DNA of 64,000 nt from an uncultured virus (IMG/VR IMGVR_UViG_2643221865_000004) (lineage: Duplodnaviria > Heunggongvirae > Uroviricota > Caudoviricetes), in IMG/VR virus record IMGVR_UViG_2643221865_000004. One strand, written 5' to 3'. The notes beneath the pieces were generated by a model, which made no database searches, was not told the origin of the DNA, and worked only from the letters and a program-made list of their open reading frames with translations. Below are positions 28,970-37,323 of this stretch, one piece after another (position 1 is the stretch's first letter; each line of letters opens with the position of its first letter). The position numbers and the translations under genes are program-made.

Positions 28970-29866
28970 CTAGGCCGCCTTGGGGGCGAGCCGGACCATG
29001 TCCTTGGGTGCGTTGATGCGACCGACGCCGGGGATCTCCACCTTGTAGGTGACTCCGTTCACCTTGACGATCTTTCCGACGAGGCCGTGGTACTTCGGGG
29101 AGCGGGGCGCGTAGATGACGACCTGCGAGTCGTTGGGGATTCGGTATCCGGTCGGGACGGGGCGGGCGTCATCCGCGGTGAATGCCGCCTTGGTGGCAGC
29201 AGGCTGCAGCGCGTGGAGAGCGGCGCGAACCTCGGCGGCGCTCTTCCCGGGGACCGGGTGGTTGGCGCCGCGGCCGCCGACGACGAAGTTGACGTTCTGG
29301 AAGTGGATGGTCCAGCGGGTGCCGTCCATCTTCGCGAACTCGTACTTGGTCTGTCGGGGCTGGACGATGATGCCGACTTCGCCGGTCTTGGTGATGATCT
29401 TGTCGCCGCGGCGGGCGAGCGGCGTGAATCGGCCCTGGAACACCTCGCGGTAGGCGGGCTCGCCAACCTCAGCGCCGGCGTTGTCGATCTTGGCGGCGTT
29501 GATCGCCTTCTGCTTCGCGGTGTAGTACGGGTTGGATCCGCAACGCTCTCCGGTGCAGCCGATCTCGCGCGCCTTCCGCTTCCACTCGGCGCCGTGGTGG
29601 ACGGACTTGCCGCGGCTTCCGTAGTAGGAGCGCTCGTAGGTGACCCCGACGAGAGCGTGCGCGATCTCGTGGAGGATCGTGTTGAGGACCTCAGCCTCGG
29701 TGGCGACCGCTGCGTACTTGCGGCTGATGGTGATCCTCTTGGACGCGAAGTGGCAGCAGCCCATTCGGCGTTCGGCGTTGTCCCACTGGAAGCGCCAGCC
29801 GGCTTCGATGAGGTTGTGCTCGGTCATCTTCTGGTGGGTGAGGGTGCGTGCTGCTGTCAGGTCCAT
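28970..29866 (-). CDS. SprT-like zinc metalloprotease with C-terminal SH3/KOW-like domains
   Basis: RRMGCC..ILHEIAHA..HHGAEWK; AAGGAG SD; class B motif at 29893. Confidence 0.85.
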   Translation of the reverse strand: MDLTAARTLTHQKMTEHNLIEAGWRFQWDNAERRMGCCHFASKRITISRKYAAVATEAEVLNTILHEIAHALVGVTYERSYYGSRGKSVHHGAEWKRKAREIGCTGERCGSNPYYTAKQKAINAAKIDNAGAEVGEPAYREVFQGRFTPLARRGDKIITKTGEVGIIVQPRQTKYEFAKMDGTRWTIHFQNVNFVVGGRGANHPVPGKSAAEVRAALHALQPAATKAAFTADDARPVPTGYRIPNDSQVVIYAPRSPKYHGLVGKIVKVNGVTYKVEIPGVGRINAPKDMVRLAPKAA

Positions 29867-29940
29867 GAGGTTCTCCTTCTTCTCGTCACCTTCATGTGCG
29901 GCATGCGGAGAAAATGGTGAACAGCGACTCGGCGGACGAA

Positions 29941-29970
29941 GAAGGGCCGGAGTGCGAAACCCCGGCCCTT
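29941..29970 (-). terminator. intrinsic terminator
   Basis: GAAGGGCCGG...CCGGCCCTTC. Confidence 0.7.
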
Positions 29971-29984
29971 CCTCTACCTAGCTA

Positions 29985-32900
29985 TCAGGCGGTACGTCGA
30001 CGACGGATCCACAGGACCATTGCGGCGACCAGGAACGCGATCGACAGCAGGGTGCCGGCGAGGATGCCGCCGTAGATCAGCTTGACGCTGACGCCGGAGT
30101 ACTCGATGACGTCCATGAGGCCCTTGATGCGGGACCGCTTCAGGGTGGTGCGCTCGTGGAAGTCGGTGAAGTCGCCGGCGGAGATCACGGTGCCGTCAGC
30201 GGCGTGGAGAGTCGCGACCCACTGGACCTTGCCGAGCTGGGTGACGAGCTGTCCGGCCGACTTGACGGTGATCACTTGGTCGTTGGACTCCTGACCGACC
30301 TTGGAGACGCCTTCTCCGTTCACCGGGAACTTCTGCTCATGCCATGAGGCGTTGAACAGGTGAGCTTCGTCCTGGACGAGCTCCTCACCCTGCGGCGCCA
30401 GGTAGGCATCGAAGGTGAGGTACGAACCCGGGGCGACGATGCCGGTGACGGTCGCAGTGTCGTAGGCGTCCTCGCCGATGTAGCCCTGGGCTGCCTCGGT
30501 GGCGAAAGTCGGCCACTGGACGCTGGTGATCTCGTCCTTCTGACCGCACTCTCCGGTGTGGATGACGGTGTCGTTGACCGTGGCGACTTCCTGCCAGAAG
30601 ATCGTTCCGACGTCGGTGGCCTTCACAGCGAAGTCCTCCGAGGTGACGTCGCCTTCCATGTCGAGGTGGTGCGTCTTCGTGGACTGAAGGACACGGTTGT
30701 CTGCTGTGCAGACAGGTGCTGCTTCAGCGTCGGTGTCCTCGTCGGCCGCGGCGGGCTGAAGGTAGGCGTTGAACTGGATGTCGACACCTTCGGGCGGGAG
30801 GAACCCTTCCACCTTGGCGTTGTCGCGGACGGTGGAGAACGGTGTGGCGAACGGCTCAGCATTGGTCGAGACCTTCGGGACGCTCAGCTTGGAAGCTTCG
30901 TCGGGGTTCTGGCCGCAGACGTCCTTCCAGATCTCCACGTCGCCGATCTTGGCGGTGGCGACCCAGAGGATGGTGGACTCGGTGAACCCGTCACCGACGT
31001 CGGACATGACAACCTTGAACGCTTCGGACTTCGCCTCCCCTGCCTCGGTGAGGTGGGTGGGGGCGGTCGAGTTGTAGACCCGGTTCTCCGGTGCGCACAC
31101 CGGGGTGCCGTCACCGTTCGGGTCCTGGCGGAAACCTTCGAAGGTGATGTCGATGCCCTCAGGGCGGAGGAACCCGGTGACGGTGGCAGTGTCGGTGACG
31201 GTGGATCCGGGCACGGACTGGTCGAGAGCGTCGGTGACGACGTTCGGGACGGACACAATCGTGGTTTCATCCGGGTCGGTCCCGCAGCCGTCCTGCCAGA
31301 CCTGGACTCCGTTGATGGAGCCTGTCGCGACCCACAGGATGGTGCCGGCGTGGGACATGTCCAGCTTGAAGTCGTCCGAGCGGGCCTCGCCGGCAGTGGT
31401 CAGGTGAACAGCGGATGCGTTGGTCAGACCAGCGCCGGCGGTGGTGACGTCGCAGACCGGGGTGGTGTACCCGGCAGGCTGAACGTAGCCGGCCCAGGTG
31501 ACGTCGACTCCTTCAGCGGGGATGAACCCGGAGACGGTAGCGGAGTCGAACACGGTGGAGCCCGGCGTGGACTGGTCGAGCGCGTCCGTCTTGAACTTCG
31601 GGACGGAGACCTTTGTCTGCTCGTTCGGGTCGGTGCCGCAGCCGTCCTGCCAGACCGGAACGGTGCCGATTCGGGCGGAAGCGACCCACAGCAGGGTGCC
31701 CTGGTGGCGCATGTCGAGGTGGAACACTTCGGACTGGACATCACCGGACGCGGTGACGGGGGTCCACGCTGCGCTCTTCAGGACGCTGTTCGCGGCGGTG
31801 CAGATGGGAGTGGTGTACCCGTCGGGCTGAACGAACGCTTCCCAGCTCAGGAACACCTTCTCGGCGGGGATGAACCCGTTGACGTTGGCGGTGTCGACCG
31901 CGGTGGACCCGGGAGTGGATTCGGTCGTGGCGACAGTCTTGAACGTCGGGACCTTCACTGCGGTGCGCTCGTCGGGGTCGGTGCCGCAGCCGTCCTTCCA
32001 CACCTCGACCGTGCCGACTTTCGCCGTTGCGACCCAGACGAGGACGCCGACGTGGGACATGTCGAGGTTGGTGGCGTTGGAGCTCTTGGTTCCGGCGGTG
32101 GTGAAGTGCTGGGTGCCGGGGGTGACGCCCGGCCATACGGCCAGGTTCGCGGTGGTGCACGTCGCGGTGGTGAAACCAGCGGGCTGCACGTACGCCGCCC
32201 AGGTGACGTCCACACCTTCCGGTGAGATGAAGCCGGTGACGGTGATCGTGTCGGACGCGGTCGAGCCTGGTGCGGACTGGTCGGTGGCGTCAGTCTTGAA
32301 TGTCGGGACTGACACGATGGTGGTTTCATCCGGGTCGGTGCCGCAGCCGTCCTTCCAGAACTGCGTGGTGGTGCCGCCGAGGTTGGCGGTTGCCACCCAG
32401 TAGATCTTGCCGACATGGGCTTTGGTCAGCCCGAAGGGGTCAGTGGTGAGCTTCTGAGGTGTGGTGCCTGCCGCGAGGAACTTCTTCGGGCTCGTGTACA
32501 GCAGGGTCTTCCCCGTGCCTGTGTCGACGCAGGCAGGCGTGGTGGCGCCGGGCTTCTGCAGGTACGCCTTGAAGGTGACGTCGATCCCCTGTGCGGGCAC
32601 GACACCGGTGATGGTCACCGTGTCCTTCATGGTGGAGCCCGGTGTGGCCTGCACGGTCGCGTTGGTGGAGAAGGACGGGATCACGAACGGGGTCTCAGCG
32701 GTGAGTCCGAATGCGTCCTGGTCGACGTACCCGTCGGGGAGGAAGTTCTTCACCAAGGTGGTCTGGTCTGCCTCTGCGACCTTCCACACCCAGGTGTAGT
32801 AGCCGGTGCCGGCCACCGTCTTGATCGCAGCGCCGGTGCCAGGGTCGCGGGCAATCGCGGAGTAGGAGATGTTGGGGCCGTCGGCCGCGGTCGTAGTCAC

Positions 32901-34109
32901 CGTAGCTGTTCCTGCGACCTTGGACAGGGCGCTGGCGGGCACGGTGGTCGACTGGGTCGGCTTGGTGCTGAAAGGCCCGTACAGCGTCCCCTTGGCCTTC
33001 AGGACGATGAAGTTGCCGCCGTTGGTCGCCCAGGTGGTTCCGTTCTTCACTCCGAACGTGACCGTGTCGGCGAAGTTCTGCCCGGCTTTCAGGTAGGCGG
33101 TGGGGACGGACGTGGTGACTGTCGGCTCGAAGTTCACCTGGCGGTTTACGGGGTCGGTGCCGCTGATCTTGAAGCTCTGGTACTCGGCGCCGGTTCCGTT
33201 CACAATGCGCTGCTGATCCGCGTCAGAGTAGTAGACGTTCACCGAGTCGGCCGTGGTTCCAGCGTTCGACTGGAAGGTACCCGTCGCCGAGATCTTGTAG
33301 GAGCTCGCTCCTGTCGGTGGGACGCCGGTGATCGCGTAGGCGACGCCGGGCTTGATGTCGGTGCGGGTGGCGCCGGCGCCCTTGAACCGGCCGTTGGTGA
33401 GGGTGACAGTGCCCGCCTTGGTGTTCGCGGGGGTGTTCTTGACGGTGATGGTTCCGTTGTAGTTGTTGTTCCCGTCGACCGCGAAGGTGATCTGACCGTA
33501 GCCGTCGGGGATCTGGTAGTTGTAGTTCGCGAGCGTCTCCGCCCAGATCCAGTCGACGTCGGCCTGGATTGCTCCGTCTCCGTTGGACCAGAAGCGTCCG
33601 TCGGGGTTGGAGGCTGAGCCGCGGTGGTCGTTCAACGAGGTGAGGTTGTACACGGAGGCGCTGACCGCGGCGGCGGTCGAGTTCGCCATCGCGGCGCCGT
33701 TCTCCTGGCCCCAGCGGTTCAGGATGTAGTTCAGCTTTCGGGTGTCGTCGCTTCCGAGGTATCGGGAGGTGGTGCCGCGCCCGTCAAGGTGACCTGACGA
33801 GAGGTTCGGTCCGCCGGTGGCACCGGACGGCCAGTCGTTGACGGGGTCGATGCAGTACGCCCAACCCCAGCTTCCTGTTCCGTACGCGCCGAGGTCGCCG
33901 CCATAAGGGGTGACGGTGCTCGAGTGCGGGCCGTTGGATGCAGCCTGGACGGTGATCGCGGTGAGTGCTCCACCGGAGATGACGGCGACGACAGCGGCGA
34001 TCGCCGTGATGGTGCGTACGATGCGGCGGCGCGGAGACACAGCTCCGGCGTGGGAACCGGCGGCAGCACTGCGGGCGGCGCGACCGAACAGCTTCTCTGG
34101 AAGCTTCAC
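29985..34109 (-). CDS. large surface adhesin-like protein with tandem Ig-like repeats
   Basis: Signal peptide; ~6 repeats of ~120 aa (PGST..DT..VxGF..P.C...W.DGCGTDPDE); C-terminal TM + RRRR. Confidence 0.85.
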   Translation of the reverse strand: MKLPEKLFGRAARSAAAGSHAGAVSPRRRIVRTITAIAAVVAVISGGALTAITVQAASNGPHSSTVTPYGGDLGAYGTGSWGWAYCIDPVNDWPSGATGGPNLSSGHLDGRGTTSRYLGSDDTRKLNYILNRWGQENGAAMANSTAAAVSASVYNLTSLNDHRGSASNPDGRFWSNGDGAIQADVDWIWAETLANYNYQIPDGYGQITFAVDGNNNYNGTITVKNTPANTKAGTVTLTNGRFKGAGATRTDIKPGVAYAITGVPPTGASSYKISATGTFQSNAGTTADSVNVYYSDADQQRIVNGTGAEYQSFKISGTDPVNRQVNFEPTVTTSVPTAYLKAGQNFADTVTFGVKNGTTWATNGGNFIVLKAKGTLYGPFSTKPTQSTTVPASALSKVAGTATVTTTAADGPNISYSAIARDPGTGAAIKTVAGTGYYTWVWKVAEADQTTLVKNFLPDGYVDQDAFGLTAETPFVIPSFSTNATVQATPGSTMKDTVTITGVVPAQGIDVTFKAYLQKPGATTPACVDTGTGKTLLYTSPKKFLAAGTTPQKLTTDPFGLTKAHVGKIYWVATANLGGTTTQFWKDGCGTDPDETTIVSVPTFKTDATDQSAPGSTASDTITVTGFISPEGVDVTWAAYVQPAGFTTATCTTANLAVWPGVTPGTQHFTTAGTKSSNATNLDMSHVGVLVWVATAKVGTVEVWKDGCGTDPDERTAVKVPTFKTVATTESTPGSTAVDTANVNGFIPAEKVFLSWEAFVQPDGYTTPICTAANSVLKSAAWTPVTASGDVQSEVFHLDMRHQGTLLWVASARIGTVPVWQDGCGTDPNEQTKVSVPKFKTDALDQSTPGSTVFDSATVSGFIPAEGVDVTWAGYVQPAGYTTPVCDVTTAGAGLTNASAVHLTTAGEARSDDFKLDMSHAGTILWVATGSINGVQVWQDGCGTDPDETTIVSVPNVVTDALDQSVPGSTVTDTATVTGFLRPEGIDITFEGFRQDPNGDGTPVCAPENRVYNSTAPTHLTEAGEAKSEAFKVVMSDVGDGFTESTILWVATAKIGDVEIWKDVCGQNPDEASKLSVPKVSTNAEPFATPFSTVRDNAKVEGFLPPEGVDIQFNAYLQPAAADEDTDAEAAPVCTADNRVLQSTKTHHLDMEGDVTSEDFAVKATDVGTIFWQEVATVNDTVIHTGECGQKDEITSVQWPTFATEAAQGYIGEDAYDTATVTGIVAPGSYLTFDAYLAPQGEELVQDEAHLFNASWHEQKFPVNGEGVSKVGQESNDQVITVKSAGQLVTQLGKVQWVATLHAADGTVISAGDFTDFHERTTLKRSRIKGLMDVIEYSGVSVKLIYGGILAGTLLSIAFLVAAMVLWIRRRRTA

Positions 34110-34479
34110 AGGTCACCTCATTTTCTACTCAGGCGGAAGATCTTCACTGAGTAGGTATGTGGCGAATGCTGGGGTCAGGTACTGGCGGCCGGCCAGCGAC
34201 AAACCATGCGTTTCCGCGCATGCAGGTGTCGAAGAAAGATAGACGAACTGGGTCCAGAAATTGCTCGTGAAAAGCGAACAAAAGCGAACAGGCCCGCACA
34301 TGTTTGTAATGAAGAAGGAAGACACATGCGAAACGAAACGGAGCAGTCGATGATCGAGAGAAATCACCCCGTATCGCGCATGTTGTTCACGTCAGGGAGA
34401 CGCGCAACTCCCTCAAATACCACCTGTGGCTTCCACCCCGGCTCTCATGCCGGGAGCCGGGATGCCGCCACGGGGAAGC

Positions 34480-35610
34480 TCACTCAGGAATGTCGCAACC
34501 GTAGACGTTGACCGTCTGGCCGTCGATTGAGTAGTCGTACGCGTAGTCGACGTTGATGATCGACGTGCCACCGGCACCGGGGTTGTGGCTGTACATGAGG
34601 AACGACGGGAAGCCGTCGCAGCCGGGACGGTAGTCACCGTTCGCCTGAACGTAGACGTTCTCGTCGAGGACGGGAGGAGCCGGGTTGCTGGGAGCGCCAC
34701 CATCTGAGCTGGGGGCACCGCCGGACGACGGAGCACCACCAGACGAGGGCGCACCGGAGCCGCTGTCGCCCGAGCCGCCGTCGCTGTACTCAGAGTCGTC
34801 AGAGTAACCGCCCTCGTCGGCCTGAGCTGCTGCATCCGCTGCAGCCTGTGCTTCTGCTGCTGCCTTCGCGGCAGCTGCGGCGGCAGCGGCGGCTACCGCG
34901 GTGGCCTGGGACTTGTTGACGGCGTCGTCGGCGGTCTTGACCGCGGCGAGGGCCTTGGCGACATCACCGTCGCCGGAGATGGCCGCGTTCAGTACCTTCA
35001 CGGCCTTCGCGACAGCGTCCTTCGAGGCCTTGTCTGCCAGCGTCTGCTTCTTGGTGACCTGGTCGGCGACCGGGCCGGCTGACTTCGCAGCTGCGAGGTA
35101 TGCGGCGGTGACGGCCTTCTTCGCCTTGGCGATCGCCTTGATGTCGTCGCCGGCGGCTGCCTTCACGAGTGCGTCGCGGGCTGTTTCGAATGCTGCAGCC
35201 TGCTTCGGGTCGATGTAGCCCTTGTAGGTGGCGCCGAACTTCGCGAACGTGTCGTTGTAGCTGGTGGCGTCCTTCTGGGCGGCGGTGAGCTCGGCGGCTG
35301 CCTTCAGCTCGGCGGCCTGCTCGGCTGCGAGCTGCTCGGCGACGACCTGCTTGTTGTGCTCGTCGACGGCGGTGACGGTGACCGGGATGGCGACGGCGGA
35401 GATGACGATGACGGCGGCTGCGACAGCGGCGATGACCTTGGTCGGCTTCGGCAGCTGGTTCCAGAACGCCGAGGCCTTGCCGGTGAGTGTGGCGGGAGCG
35501 GGAGGTGCGAATGTGGGCACCTCGACCTGCTCGGTCGATGCGGCGGTGGGCTCAGCCCAGGCGGCCGCCTCGGTGGGGGCGTCGGTGGTCGGCGTGGTGT
35601 TCTCGGTCAT
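34480..35610 (-). CDS. membrane-anchored Ala-rich coiled-coil protein
   Basis: TM, coiled coil, GAPSS repeats, small Cys-containing C-terminal domain; AAGGAG SD. Confidence 0.82.
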   Translation of the reverse strand: MTENTTPTTDAPTEAAAWAEPTAASTEQVEVPTFAPPAPATLTGKASAFWNQLPKPTKVIAAVAAAVIVISAVAIPVTVTAVDEHNKQVVAEQLAAEQAAELKAAAELTAAQKDATSYNDTFAKFGATYKGYIDPKQAAAFETARDALVKAAAGDDIKAIAKAKKAVTAAYLAAAKSAGPVADQVTKKQTLADKASKDAVAKAVKVLNAAISGDGDVAKALAAVKTADDAVNKSQATAVAAAAAAAAAKAAAEAQAAADAAAQADEGGYSDDSEYSDGGSGDSGSGAPSSGGAPSSGGAPSSDGGAPSNPAPPVLDENVYVQANGDYRPGCDGFPSFLMYSHNPGAGGTSIINVDYAYDYSIDGQTVNVYGCDIPE

Positions 35611-36020
35611 CGGTACTCAATCTCCTTGTGCTGCACAGTTGGGTACCCTGATGCCGGCTAAGGGGAAATGATATCTGCGTGTCCGTTAGTCCTCGTCGTA
35701 GTCTCTTCAGCCGTTTCAGGGTGTCGCGTTCCGGCTTTTCCGGTTCGCGACTTTCTTGCTTGATACCTGCATGTGCGGCACTCCAGGGGTTCTGCGGAAC
35801 GCAATGACGGATCCGTCCGGTGTCAAATCGGGGGTTGTTGCGGCGCGTCGCCTTTAATAGAGCCGATCTGCGGGGTTCTGCACAAAACACCAGCACCCCC
35901 ACAACTGGGTACAGTTTCGGGTCTCAAAGCCGACAGAACAGACCTGATCCGCACATCCGAACGCGCAATGGGCGGCAGGTCCGAAGACCCACCGCCCAAT
36001 CTGGTACCCCTGATCTGGTG

Positions 36021-36914
36021 TCAGGCGAAGCCCCACGTACGAAGCTGAACCCGGGTCAGCCAGGAGTCTGCCCATGCCTGGTCGCCGCACTGAGGCAGCG
36101 AGGTGGATGCCATGCCCGACTCGATCTTCGCCTCCAGCTCCGCCCCCTCCGCGAGGACATCGTCGAGCGACCGGTCACCGCGACGGATGGCACGAATCGA
36201 CTCGGCCACATCCTCAGGAAGCGGAATGTGGAGCGTGCCGTCGTTCAGGACGCCGAGCCCCTGATGACCCAGACGGATGTAGTGGGCGGCGAACTTCGAG
36301 TCGAACCCGTGGGCGTCGATGAGCTCCGGTCGGGAGATCCGGCGGTTCTTCTTCGTCGCCGACACGTTCTCCTTCTGTCGCTGCATGTAGTGGAAGTGAG
36401 CCTTGACCAGCTCCACGGACATGAACCTGTGGCGGTTCTCCCGAAGCTCAGCACCGAACTCATTCTCGAATAGCAGGTAGGACTCGTCCACGAACAGCGG
36501 TGTGAGGACGCTGGGGTTGCCGTTCACGGCCAGCGACGCCCACTTCCGGGCCGGGTAGATCTTGATGTCGAAGTCGCCAGCCAGTGAACGCGGAGCCTTC
36601 CTGCGAAGCTCCGATTCCTCATGAGCCAGAGCCTCGGGTGTCCTGGCCCGGAGAAGTGCCTCCTTCTGCGCTCGCTCCACAGCGGTGCGGTACGTCCACT
36701 GGGCGGGCGACATGCCGGTGCCGAGGACGTCGTTGATAGCTTCAACCGCGATGCCCAGGTGGTCGATGTCGGAGTTCCCGTCGGACAGGGCCGTGCCGTG
36801 CACCTCGGACCCGTCGATGGTGCGCAGAAGAATAGGGAGCGCGTCGAGCTCCTCGAGGCTGAGCCGCTGCTCTGAAGGCATGATGGGGTCCGATCGTTCA
36901 GGTGATTTCTTCAT
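36021..36914 (-). CDS. DNA polymerase beta-superfamily nucleotidyltransferase (RlaP/YcgL-like)
   Basis: GSEVHG..SDID, NGNPS, FDSKFAAHYIRL; start uncertain (36914 or 36881). Confidence 0.82.
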   Translation of the reverse strand: MKKSPERSDPIMPSEQRLSLEELDALPILLRTIDGSEVHGTALSDGNSDIDHLGIAVEAINDVLGTGMSPAQWTYRTAVERAQKEALLRARTPEALAHEESELRRKAPRSLAGDFDIKIYPARKWASLAVNGNPSVLTPLFVDESYLLFENEFGAELRENRHRFMSVELVKAHFHYMQRQKENVSATKKNRRISRPELIDAHGFDSKFAAHYIRLGHQGLGVLNDGTLHIPLPEDVAESIRAIRRGDRSLDDVLAEGAELEAKIESGMASTSLPQCGDQAWADSWLTRVQLRTWGFA

Positions 36915-36930
36915 CACCTACATGGGCGGA

Positions 36931-37251
36931 TCAGACCAGTTCTGCGGCAGCCAGCTCGTCGATACGGGTGACCGTGGTGGTCACTCGGTGGGTGCCGGCG
37001 TACCCCTCGTTTGCGTCGAGCCCGCCGATGATGAACTGGGCCGGGCGACCGACCGTGCAGTCGATCAGCTGGAAAAGTTGCACCGCATCGCCGTCGCGGC
37101 GGAGCGGGGATGACGGGTCCGCGAGTTCGATGTCGGTGATGCCGACGCTCGGCAGCCGGGTGAGGGTCCTGCCGTCGATGTCGATCAGGTATTCACTGCC
37201 ACTGGCAGTCGCGACCCGGTAAGCGCCGGCCACAGAGTTGAGGGTTTCCAT
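36931..37251 (-). CDS. hypothetical protein
   Basis: Class B motif 18 nt upstream; YRVATASGSEYLID..LRRDGD..RVTTTVTRI. Confidence 0.78.
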   Translation of the reverse strand: METLNSVAGAYRVATASGSEYLIDIDGRTLTRLPSVGITDIELADPSSPLRRDGDAVQLFQLIDCTVGRPAQFIIGGLDANEGYAGTHRVTTTVTRIDELAAAELV

Positions 37252-37323
37252 GCCACGGTCATGTGCGGACAGACGCAGAAACGGCCGCCGGTGTGCACCG
37301 ACGGCCGCCTCATCTGCCGTGTG

